Source: Chlorokybus atmophyticus (taxonomy: Eukaryota; Plantae; Mesostigma and Chlorokybus algae). Taken from it: 64,000 nt of DNA. Below the pieces are notes generated by a model. The model did no database searches. It saw only the letters and a list, made by a program, of their open reading frames with translations, and was not told the DNA's origin. The stretch covers positions 744,001-808,000 of the forward strand of contig RHPI01000810.1 of assembly GCA_009103225.1 (NCBI GenBank). Reading direction: 5' to 3'. Below are positions 1 to 11,657 of the stretch, one piece after another. Position 1 is the first letter of the stretch. Each line of letters opens with the position of its first letter. The position numbers and the translations under genes were made by a program.

Positions 1-59
1 TCGCCGCCGCAGCCGCCGCCCTGCACGCCGACAACACCCACCGCTATGTTTGCCCGCAT
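1..59 (-). CDS. Possible 5' end of a divergently transcribed gene running off the left edge
   Basis: Minus-strand ATG at 59 opens MRANIAVGVVGVQGGGCGG in GC-rich sequence like the other gene starts in this window; too short to identify. Confidence 0.25.
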   Translation of the reverse strand, partial: MRANIAVGVVGVQGGGCGG

Positions 60-324
60 CCCTAATGCAGGTTAACCGGCGAAACTTTTCAAGCCTTGAA
101 CGGAGACAACTGTGGTTGCTACAGAACCCAAATATATGTGTAGATTCTACTGAATACAATAAACACCGCCGCACGTTGGGGTACAAACCTAGAAAGCTCG
201 CAAGGTTGCCAGTTTGATAGAAACCAGGATCCTTGCTTCTATTCTGTGTGGTTCAGTGCATTAACGTGTGGCGTTCAGTGGCTTAACAAACAGGTGGGTG
301 GCCGTGGTGGTGGGGACAGTGGCA

Positions 325-3300
325 ATGGTGGCAGCAACGGCGGCGATGGCCGTGGTGGCGGGGCCGTCGTCGGTAGCGAGATGCTGCTGGTTGGCGTTTC
401 CAGCTAGCTACAGCTATTCGGCTCCCCTGCTGCCTGCACGGGCCAACTTGAGGAGGAGGAGAGAGGCGCATCTGGCTACTGGGAGCGGCAGGCCGCCGCT
501 TGCTGCTGTCATCATGTCATCGCCAAGGGCCATACCAAACAGAAGTTCAAGGAGGAGGCTAGCTTGCTATGCTCTGGAAAATGCGCAGGTTGGTGAAGGC
601 TTCGCAGCGCAATGCACGCAAGACATGCGCGTTTGAGTTCGATCACAATGTGCCGGCGTGGCTGTGTTTCAATCCGCCCTCATCGTCAAATTTTGTGATT
701 GACGCTTGTTACAAGCATGCACGAGTTGTGTGTTTGAAAGAGAGCAAAAGCGGTGATGACGGTGGCCTCAATGCACGCAGACATACGTGTGATTGTTCCT
801 TGCAGGATGCGGTTGCCGAGTCAGATATGAGGCCCAGCAGCAGATCGCAAGTTCGCTCACTGGAAGAGGTTGAAACCCTGACCAGCACACGGGCGGGCAG
901 CGTTGAGGTGTACAAGGAGGACTACAAGCCTAAGGATGACCTGTTCAAAGCGGTCGGGATTGGCGCAGTGTTGGGCATGTCTCTGGGCATACTGCAACAC
1001 GAGTGGGTGGCGCAGCACGAGGCAAGCACAGCACAACCTTCTCACTGGTCTTACCAAGCGCGAGCTGCATGAGCAAAAACAGTTCTTTTGGTTGACATTC
1101 CACTCTGGCGCACCAGGCTTTTTCAATGCTGGCGGTGTTTGCCTTAGGTTATTCCGGGATTATCTTCGAGGAAGCTTTAACGTTCAACAAGGGCGGTGTT
1201 GGGCTGTTGATGGCGACGTTCTTGTGGGTGATCCACGCTATGGGGGTGAGACATGCTCATGTGAAGGATGACGCTCTGTATGTCTGTTGCTGACAGCCAA
1301 ACTGAAGTAGAGGCTTGCATGCAGGCAACAGGTGGGGTGGCTGGGGAAGAGCTCAAGGAGGCACTGGCAAGTGTCAGTGAAGTGGTGTTCTTTCTCTGGG
1401 GAGCCATGACGATTGTTGAAACTGTCGATGCGCATCAGGCAAGCCGTGATGATGGGTATGGCTCTACTATTTGCCTAACGCTATAGTCTTGTTGCTTCAA
1501 CGTCCGCAGCGGTGACCTGCAGGGGTTCAAGTTGATCACGGATGCAATCCGCACACGCTCTACAATACCGTTGTTCTGGGCTATCGGTGGCATCACTTTT
1601 TGCATGAGTGCTGTATTGGACAACCTCACCAGCACCATCGTGATGGTGTCGCTGCTACGTAAGTTGATACCTGATCCAGAGCTACGGTACGCCCTCAATG
1701 CACAGTCGTTACATGTTCTAAGTGTGGACAGGGATTTGGTGCAAAAAACAGTGCTGCACATAGTTCGGCATGCATCAGCCCTTGGGGTTGAAGCAAAAGC
1801 ATTCGCGTCGTGTACCTGAGCGTCAACACGCACATATGTAACGTTCCAGCTGGTGTGCATACAGGAAGTACTTTGGGGCCACTGTGGTTATCGCGGCCAA
1901 TGCGGGTGGTGCATGGACACCTATTGGGGACGTCACAACTACCATGTTGTGGATTAATGGCCAAATCTCTACGCTCCCAACCATGAGGGACTTGCTGCTC
2001 CCTGCAATGGTTTCCTTGGTCGTTCCGTTGACATTGATGACTGCATTCGAACCTGCCCTGCGCCAAGCACCTGAGTTGCCTCCCAAAGTATGCTACAGAT
2101 CCAGTACAGATGGTTGGTTATGGTGTGTGTGGACGTAGGGGCAGACCTTGGAATGTGGGAGAATACATAGTCTATCTTTACACATACGTGTCCCACCATT
2201 GACTCACGTTCAACTGGTGCTTGTATATGAATGAACGCACACATTGCATACGCACTCAATACAGTGCAAGTACGTGTACTGAGCTTTAGTCTCGCGTTGT
2301 CACACATGTTACGCACATTGTAAGGGATATTGAGGACTTTGGGAAAAAGGGGAGCAACCCAACACATATACCACTCAAGCAACCTGTTGCTGTTTGTATT
2401 GCTGTATTCCTGGACTTGCTGTTAAACCTGTTGTGCAGGACAATGATGAGTTACTCGCTCCTCGTGGACGATTGGTGTTCTTCTGTGGTCTTGCTGCGCT
2501 GTTGGGTGTTCCAGTGTTCAAAGCTGCGACTGGCCTTCCGCCGTACATGGGCATGCTGGGAGGTTCGTTGCAGGCTAAGCCTATCGTCTGAACCAAGACA
2601 TTGTCATGTGATTGATACCTTATGACAAAGCAATCTATGTGCGACCAGGCTTGGGTGCATTGTGGTTGCTGACGGATGCCATACACTATGGCGAGGAACA
2701 AGACAGGGTGCATTTACGGGTTCCACAAGCGCTGGCACGAATAGATACGCAGGGCATCATCTTCTTCCTTGGCATCTTGTTGTCCATCTCAAGGTAATGT
2801 TGCGCATACTTGTGTGATGGCGACCACGTATTTTCTATTGCTAAATATGCAACTCACTTCACTCGGTGGTTCACAGCTTAGAGTCCTCCGGTGTTCTCAC
2901 ACAACTCGCAGAGTACCTGAACACACATGTGCCAGGGCAGGTGCGTGTACCAGACGCTGCAATTGCCGATGTGTTGGTTCTTGTCTACAGTGCATGTTGA
3001 CCTTGCAGGAGTGATAGCTTTCAACCAACCTATATGCGCTTGCCAAGATTTTCACATTGTTTCTTGGCAGGCATTGATTGCAACAACAATTGGGTTGGTG
3101 TCGGCTGTGATTGACAACGTGCCGCTCGTGGCTGCAACGATGGGCATGTACCCACTCCAGCAGTTCCCACAAGATGCATCGTTGTGGCAGCTCATTGCAT
3201 ACTGCGCCGGCACCGGTGGCTCTATCTTAATCATCGGCAGCGCTGCTGGTGTTGCTTTCATGGGGATGGAGAAGGCAGACTTCTTCTGGTACAGCAAGAA

Positions 3301-3490
3301 GGTAAGCATGATAGTCTGATCAATTCTAGGTGGAGAGCAGAACAGCTTCAGGCATCTGTAAATTGCTGGGAGGTTCGCTTTGAAGTGGTACTGATTTGTG
3401 CTTGTACAGGTCAGCCTAGTGGCTCTTGCAGGCTACTTGGCAGGCATTGGCGTATATTTGGCCACCCATGGCATAGGTTTGTTGGCGTGA
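325..3490 (+). CDS. NHD1: Plastid Na+/H+ antiporter, NhaD family (multi-exon)
   Basis: Spliced exons give LGYSGIIFEEALTFNKGGVGLLM, VFFLWGAMTIVETVDAHQGFK, SAVLDNLTSTIVMVSLLRKL, VVIAANAGGAWTPIGDVTTTMLWI, VIDNVPLVAATMGMY and CAGTGGSILIIGSAAGVAFMGMEK, all NhaD/NHD1 motifs; transit-peptide-like N-terminus; TGA at 3488-3490. Confidence 0.93.
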
Positions 3491-3761
3491 TGTCCCTGGA
3501 GGCCTTGGAACTGGCCAGTATGTCTGCTGGCCTTGTACAATAGCCACTGCTTAGCACAATGATGCTGGTGATGATGTTGCCTTACAGCAACAATGTACAC
3601 GCATGTATTCAAAATGCGGTATACCAGTGCACATGCATAGGACATGCCATGCGCAGCATCACACGCAAATTATCACTATTGTTTCTGTGTTAGCTTGTTC
3701 GAATTGCTAGTGTAACACTATGCGGAATGAATGTTGTGCTGCATGCGTACGGTGGAGTTAC

Positions 3762-3881
<120 letters not shown>

Positions 3882-4221
3882 AAACCTCCATCCACTCCAC
3901 GCGCGCACCCACATGTTCATATGCACAAAATGTTTCTTGGTGGCTGATTGCAATGGTGTGGCCATTACTTGCGTGACTATACCTGAGCACATCTGCAGTG
4001 GTGCAAGTCAGTTGTCAATGTTTGGCGGCTTGTAGCGGCAGCTTTGCACACCATAATGATGCCCTTCAGCGGTCAATGCTACTGTACAAACAATGCAAGA
4101 CGGACTTGTCTCATTGTGGACACTTTGCCCCAGCAGGTGTAACTGAGCGGCAGCACAGACTAACAACAGCCCATGTGGGCAAGTATTGATAAACATGTGC
4201 ATGTTTGGGAAAGGCTAGTAG

Positions 4222-4252
4222 CTGGTAGTCTAGTGCAGTAGCCCGGTGGTGA
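4222..4252 (+). other. Copy of dispersed GGTAG...TAGCCCGGTGGT motif
   Basis: TAGCCCGGTGGTGA at 4239-4252 is identical to 10219-10232. Confidence 0.5.
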
Positions 4253-4568
4253 CAACGGTGAGATGTTCACTAGTATGCATGTAATGCTGGAGTGATTGTG
4301 TGCATTGCATGCGTGTGCCTAATAGCACGTCATATATCCTGTACACTCTGGCATCAACAGCTCTCCTTCCAGGGCAGCCCAACAAGTGCTCGTGCATGCT
4401 GCAATGTGATTGCAATAAACACCACATACGAATTGCCGCAGGGAGTGGATCACAATCATTTGTATACAACCAATGCAGAGTTGGCTATTCCTAAGTAAGA
4501 ACTGCAGAATAAACATTGTCTAGATACGCCAACACACCCTTGGAGCTTGTAGGCTAACTACCCCAACA

Positions 4569-6250
4569 CTAAGCCTTCACCAGTTTGCTGTACACTTTTT
4601 GTACATCATGTCGCCACTTCCAAGTTTCCTTGACAGTAAACGCACCACAGGCGAAAGCCGTGGCACCGTACAATGCATACATCACATCCGTGCGTCCGCT
4701 GGCAATGGCCGGCAGTGCGAAAGAATGTCCTAAGCTATACAATGCGAAAGCCGCCAGCGACCCGAAGAACGCACCTGCCGCTACCTGATCAAATGTATGG
4801 TAACCGAGCTCCACTCGAAGCCATGTCTGCCGCACACAAGCACAAGCAGAACTGTGAGGTAACGTACGACCAAACCGCTGCTGCATGACGCATTGGACAA
4901 GCAACTCTGCAGTAACTGTGTCTGAAGTATATAGTATATAGTATATAGTTACAAGTCATGCTGCAGGAGCCAACATTGAGTGTAGCGTGTCACAATGCAC
5001 GGCACTAACTTGATGTTGAACTATGGCATTGGTAGTTGGAAACTCACCATGAAAGTGGACATGGCCATGGCTGCAACGGATGTCGACACTGCTTGCGGTG
5101 TCCGAAAGCGCGACAAAGCTGCAAAACACAGTTGCAATGATCAGTGTCACAGCAATGCAGTTCCTACTGGACCAGCCCGCGCACAGGCCTGACCTGCGAG
5201 GGATATGTAGGATCCAAAGTAAAACAGCGACTGCGCGTGTGAAGATGGCATGCCCGGATCAGCTTTGCGTGCATTGGGAGGACGGCTCTGATTGATCAAA
5301 GCTTTCAGTACCTGCCAGCAACAGGAATGAAGAAGGTTCAGCTCTCGGTCAATCGCTACGACTCACAAACTCCTCAGCCAACAATGATGTAATATGGCAC
5401 CTTGCTGGCGAATGCATTTGCCACGCTCCCAACCAAACACCAGCATGCGGCTGGCGAAAATCTGCAGTAACAGAGGTAGCCAAACGCTGCCAGCGACACT
5501 GTCCACTTTGTCTGCACATGCAAAAAGTTGTGAGCTCGCAACACCATGCGCAGGGTGCATCTGTGCCCATGTCACGGCTGCAATGTGGGCATTGCAGCAT
5601 TGCCACTGCTGTTTGATGTGAGAGTAGCAGTTGACACACTCATGTGTTTGCATAACACCCAGTGCACGCAACAGATAAATACTAAATAGACATGGACTCA
5701 TTGAAGTGGACAGCTATATGGCACAAACAGTTCCACGAGCGTTGTGTGCTGTGGCTGTTGCCTCCAACCACACGAGTTTGACAATTGCAATGTTCACTGC
5801 ACGAAAGGTTGGTCAGAGACTGTGCAGTTGTGCAAGACTGTTCGCAAGTGATGTCTCACCTACTACTGAATGACATGCGCATTGCTATTACTCAACATTG
5901 CTCTGCATTACAAGCAGTATTGATGTGCATGCATGCAAGAGACTTGGGTGTGTGTGTCAACTCGCGCCAGCCACGCTTACACTCTCATTGATAGCATGCA
6001 GTATGGGCCTGTGCTTAGCGCGGTACTCCGCCGCAGTCATCTTGACGGCATCACGCCGCCTCTGCCGCTGCTGACTTTCCCCGCTGCCCACACCAGCAGC
6101 CATGCCGGCAGCGTGGCAGCAGCGCCCACCGCCGGCAGCTACAAGCCCGCAGCCCACACCCACACCCACACCTACACCCAACCCTGACGACGCCCTGCTC
6201 GCCGTCCTCCTCGTGGGGATCCACGCCGAGGGCGGCGCCCACCGCAGCAT
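4569..6250 (-). CDS. Plastid lipid phosphate phosphatase epsilon-like (PAP2 family), multi-exon
   Basis: Exons encode WCLVGSVANAFASK, VLKALINQSRPPNARKADPGMPSSHAQSL and TWLRVELGYHTFDQVAAGAFFG, the three PAP2 catalytic motifs in LPP-epsilon context; stop TAG at 4571-4569. Confidence 0.88.
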
Positions 6251-6359
6251 CACAATGACACACGGGCGATGATGCCGCCCACACCACCGCCGCCCTCCTC
6301 ACTGACCACCTCAGCAATGAACTGAGCACGAGCAACTTCTGAGCATACTGGTTGTGGCC

Positions 6360-9300
6360 ATGGAGGGCGGGGGCGGCGGGGGCGGCGAGGGGGTAGGCCG
6401 GGGCGGCGGTGGTGGGTTCGACCTGAGCGAGCGGGCGGAGCGCATGGATCGTGCCATGCGCAGCCTGACTGAAGCCTGGCGCCAAACGGCCTCGCCGCCT
6501 GCTGCTCCTCCCCCACCCAAAGAGTAAGCTAGCACAGACGCTTGAGCTTCGCTTTGCTGCAGTTACAATGCTTGCTTCTTCTGGGGTTGCTTCTGGCATG
6601 TACAAGCACAGAGTACTACGTATGCACTCGGCTACACAGTCTACAACATTGTTTGCATAGCTGCATTGTGGCAAGCATGCCATGCTTGAACAACACAGAA
6701 GCAAGCAGCCAAGCAGCTCCCGTGAAGTGCGTTTGCCATGCGCAGTACTTGCAAGAAACTGTGTAACCTAAACTCAGTGACGAAATTTTGTATCTTGTCT
6801 TCGCAGTTCTTGTAGAAACAGATATACAGTGCAGGCATGGGCTAGTCACGTTGCGCCTTGACTAAGCTACACGCAGCTGCAAATAGTCAAAAAGATTTGA
6901 GTAGACAACGCTGCAATCATGTGACATCACACAACACTTCTTGCAAGGCAGCACTGAATGCAGCTGAAGCTGATGACACTCACTTGATTGTCTCGGAATG
7001 AATCCCAGCTCTCCAATCACAAGCACTTTGTCTCCTGCAAGTGCCCTCGTGAGGCGCGGCGGTTCAACAGACAGCAGCAATAAACAAAGTAGCAGTAAAC
7101 AGAGCGCATGCCGGCCTTGGGACCGCTCGGACTTGATGACACGCCTCGCAACCTTCAAGCCAACACTATGGTTCGCAAAACCAGAGGTAGAAGGGAATGG
7201 TAGATTTAGTCTGTTGGAATGTCGGATTGGCTTGTTGTCTCAAGCATGCATACTGGTGTTATCAGCCAGCTGGTCCTGTGGAGTGTGCGCGGCGAGGATG
7301 GGCGGTTGTGGAGATGGACTTGCTTGAGTGCGAGGCCTGCCATGCGCGGTTAGCGTTTCCACTGCCGCCTACGCTGCCATCTGATCAAGGTGTTGCAGTG
7401 TCACAAGTATATTACCTTGCATACACGCACATGTATTGGTATGTGTGTGTGCGCATACATGCGTGCATGTGTGTGCATACCTTGAATGCAAATGATGATG
7501 CACATGCATGCATCTGTGCGAGTCCCAACAATGAGCTGATGCTTGTGAACAGCCTGGAGTGCTGCAGAGGAGTTTAGCAGTCGGCTCGACAAAGGCCACC
7601 ACTCGCTGTGTCCCTGGCGTGGCAACGCATGCGCGCCGGACCTCGCTCGCTTCCCGCCAACACCTGCAGCAGTCCTTGTAGCTGAGGTACAGAGAGAGCG
7701 TGAGGGCACTCAGACTCATGGAGGTTCAGCACATGCAACACTTCCATGTTGTGCACATGTTGATATGACATGTTTTTGCGCTTTCCGGTCGTGCGCAGTT
7801 CAAGGCGAGGTGCGACAGCTTGGAGCAGCTCGCAGAGCTCCCTGCTATATCAGACGACGCTGTACAGTTTATGGTCAGATCACATGCAAGTTTCCCCTGG
7901 CCCTCCATTGCAGCAACGTTCTGTCCCACATTCTTGCTGGTACCATTGTTGGTATAACACCCACCCATGTCGCGACAGGCTTCCTGCTGTGGTGATGCAC
8001 GGAATGCAGCAGAAGGAAGTGCTGATACCCCTTCCAAGGTCAACGGCATTACCAGCCCAGGCTATGCTGAGGTAAGCATCAATTTTTGCAAGTTCATACT
8101 TGGTCTTGCGTGTGGGGTGATTGCATGTAAATTATGTGAACATGTTCGTTTGTAGGCACAGCGGTTGATCGCGCTCTGCGGTTGGTCCGCGCAAGTGATG
8201 CCGTATGGGGTGGAGGCGAGGTCAGAACCCAAAGCATCATCATCATCCATATCGCCAGCATCTGTGTGGCCTTTGCAAAGAGATGTAAAGACCAACACGG
8301 CAGCTGCCGTGCTTCACTGCAGCATGTGCGAAGCGAATGTGGGTTTGTGGGACTGCAAACAGGGGCCCCGCAAACCCGTCGCAGCGGCCCTTGCTCAAGT
8401 GTCCGCACAGGAGGAGGACACAACAACAGACCCAACCATTGCGCAACCGAGTGAAACAGCAAAGCCCGAAGCGAAGTCTCCCACACAACCGCGTTGGGTG
8501 GCTGATCTGTCGCGCACGATAGCGGGAGGGCCCTCACCGGTTGATCCTGGCGCGAGCCCGTTCGGCCTGTTCGGGTCGCCCGCGGCAAAGAATTTTCCAT
8601 TCGGGATGCAGCTCGGCAGCAGCCTTATTCTGGACTCCGCACCCATCCCGCAGCCGGACTTCTCTGCCGGGGATGCGCAGGACAAGGTCGAGGAAGCCGG
8701 CGACAAAAGGAAAAGAGGTTGGTACATGAGTTGTAACGTAACTTGTGATTTGCCACGCTCGTATACAGTCACAACAAAGCCTCCAACCAGTTTTGGTAGC
8801 TTGCAATGCACAGTCCTTGTTAGGGGATGAGTTTGAGAGGAATGAGGCGATGCATGCATCCATTCCATCAAATCCCGGACTTCTTCATGGAATGGATGTG
8901 TGCATCGCCCCAATCTTGTTAGACATGCTTGCAAAAACGCTTGTCCTCTGCCACGTCTTTTAGGTGATGATGCTGAGCCTGATAATGAGCCATCGAAGCG
9001 TCAGCACGCCAGCAATGGCGATACTGCACAGGACGATGACAACAATGCGTGTGTTGTTCCGCATCAGCAAGGAGAAGGTGCGTTCCAGTCCCAGTTGCCG
9101 CTCGAGACCCCTTTCAGCTTCCATCCACTCCACATGCATCGGCGCTTCTGCCCTTGGATTGCCGGCGGGACCAGCACGAGTCCTTGCGGCTGGCGCGCGT
9201 GCTGGAAAGCTTTGCAAAGCACTGCTGTTGTTGAAAACAATGGCAACACTGTCCACGCTTCTCCATCATCTGAGCAACGCACGCTCAAGGAGGTCAGTGC

Positions 9301-9458
9301 AGCATCCTTTATCTGCAAGTTGTACAGGGTATTTACTTGTGTTATGTTGCTAATGTATGTGTCTGCTATGTTCATCACAGAGTGCAGAAGCGCTCAGGTC
9401 AATGCGCGTGTTGCTGGACCGTGTGACGGCTGTAACGCCACCCCGCAAAACCACATGA
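6360..9458 (+). CDS. NIPA: NIPA/ZC3HC1-like C3HC zinc-finger protein (Rsm1 family)
   Basis: CRPWDRSDLMTRLATFKPTLWFAKP, CARRGW...LLECEAC, HHSLCPWRG, IALCGW, LHCSMCEANVGLW and C-terminal FHPLHMHRRFCPWI; GT-AG junctions traced; TGA at 9456-9458. Confidence 0.85.
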
Positions 9459-9699
9459 CCAACCATTGATTTTCGTTAGTTTACATCCAGTTAACTTGTT
9501 GCATTGATTTGCGTGCAAGTGTACTCCACAACCTTCAGTTTTCAACAACTGAGTTTGAATTGTATATTTTTACAAGGCAAGAGTGTTTGTTGTTAAGCAT
9601 GCCTGCAAGCGGATGTCTCACAAATGGTTGAGTAAGTTTTGTGCGCCGGGTTGGCAGTTGCGATGCAATGATCTGGTTTGAAGTCAATAGTATTGCTGG

Positions 9700-10905
9700 A
9701 TTCAACCGACTGTGGACTTTCGAGGTAAAGACGGAGTTTGCGGTGAGTACACTCTGTCGTTGGCAGCTTGCTTTTGTTTCAGTTTCCAAAAGACCATGGT
9801 CGGGTGAACTCAGCAATATATGTGATAGCTCATTGAGCGACACAAATCTGATCAGCATGCATCGGCTTCAACCATATGTGCTGCATGTTATGCTGCTCTT
9901 ACTCGCTTGCAATCAATACGCTGCAATAAACAATGAACAAGCCATCATTTTGTGCATCAAGCCACACGTTACCAACACCATGGCTCTTTGCATTCAGTTT
10001 TTGCTGGTTGCCAATATTCAAAGCTGATTGATGCATACTTCTGGAGAGCCAGATTTGTCTCCAGCGCGTCGATAATATATGTGGTGCGGTAATCAATGCA
10101 CCCTATCTACCTAGCGGCAAGCAAAACACACTCCTGCCTATTGCAGGTGATGAACGAACATACATGCATGCATGCAAGACTAACGGGGTAGCCAAGTAGT
10201 TAGCGCGTAAGAAGTACTTAGCCCGGTGGTGAAATAGCATTGTGACTGCTGCTGACTGTGCGCATGCGGTGTGTGCATGACAATATGCATGTCAGATGCT
10301 TGTCACACTGTGCATGTACTCTTATCGGCATTCCATCTTTTGTACACACATAGGAAGACTTCCGACACCCGGGGGTATAGCCGTAGCTTAGCCTATCCTA
10401 CCCTCACCTAGCTATGTGTATGCGTGCTTGTAATGTTGGTGCAGCAGGAGCTGGGACAAACTAAGCAAACAACCTGCAGGCACCTATAGGTCATCAGAGC
10501 AGAACTTTCAGATGCAAGTAACCTACCACCAAGACGTGATGAATGTAGGTTGGCCTTGATTGTGATAGTGCCTTAGGGGCAAAGAAACCGCTAGATTTGA
10601 GCACATGTACGTATGGCGTACGATCCCATCACACTAGTCTGCACGCTAACACCCATAGACAGGGTACTGCATGGCACGCACTGCGCGAGACCTCGGCAGA
10701 AGTACCGTGCCTTGGTGCTGTAAGGAATTCATGCTCGCAATCACTGCAAGCGGAGGGAGGGACCCCTGCGCCAGCTGTCAACAGGGCTGGCGCAGGGGTC
10801 GCTGCTGTAGAAGAGGAGGACGAGCAGGACCAGAGCGGGGAGGGGGGAATGGGTAAAGAGAGGGGCAGAGAGGGGGAGAGGAGGGAGGAGAGGGAGACCC
10901 TGTTA
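9700..10905 (-). CDS. Possible unidentified spliced gene (orphan exons)
   Basis: Open, splice-flanked segments on the minus strand: S/P-rich about 10905-10712, ANLHSSRLGGRLLASESS about 10552-10472, CIDYRTTYIIDALETNLALQKYASISFEYWQPAKTECKEPWC about 10100-9975; no family recognised. Confidence 0.25.
10180..10232 (+). other. Copy of dispersed CTAACGGGGTAG...TAGCCCGGTGGT motif
   Basis: CTAACGGGGTAG 10180-10191 and TAGCCCGGTGGTGA 10219-10232. Confidence 0.55.
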
Positions 10906-11623
10906 AGTTGAGGGGAAGAAAGTCTAACTGCGCTGCATTTTGCTTATGTTGCCATTGCCGTGCCGCTGCGAAGCCTAATTCCCACAAGTGTTGTGCAGGT
11001 AATGACACCATCTATAATCCATGCACGACTGATCAACGGGGTGTAGTGGTAGCTGTAGTGGCAATTGTGAAGTAGTTGGTTGAACAAAGTTTTGACTAGA
11101 TGACCACAATGCATGCTACGTGTAATGTATGGTGTGTTGTGCTATTTGCAAGTGCGCGTTGCCTTCCGCACTCATATACACTTTCTCATATGTAAACTTG
11201 ACATATTGAACATGTACATGGGTAGGTGCGATGTGCTACATTATTCTCAGAGGCTACCGATCATTGCATGTGTGCACACGCCAATACATTGTCACACTAG
11301 TACTCCTACATGACCATCAATCGCGCTCGCACACATCACGCTACTTGTGCAATGCTAGGGGGTGCCGTTGCTGGAATTATACGCGCTGGTGCTCGATCGA
11401 AATGAAACTGCAGCAGCCTGACACCCGAGAGCAACGCAAACATAAATGGCGTGTGGACACAATGTGGACATAATTGCAAACCGTGGCATCACAAGGATGC
11501 CATGTAAAGCATTGGTTATACACGCGTGCAAAACTACTTTAGTGCCAACGCCAGCAAATGAGTGCACAACCTCAAATGCTGTTGCATACCATGTGCATTG
11601 CTCTCTTGGGGTATGTAGTAGCG

Positions 11624-11625
<2 letters not shown>

Positions 11626-11655
<30 letters not shown>
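11626..11655. repeat. (CT)n microsatellite
   Basis: About 15 CT units. Confidence 0.9.

Positions 11656-11657
<2 letters not shown>

Noticed and set aside
6051-6704. 217-aa minus-strand ORF across the LPP/NIPA junction
   Set aside because: Chance open frame in GC-rich sequence overlapping two better-supported first exons
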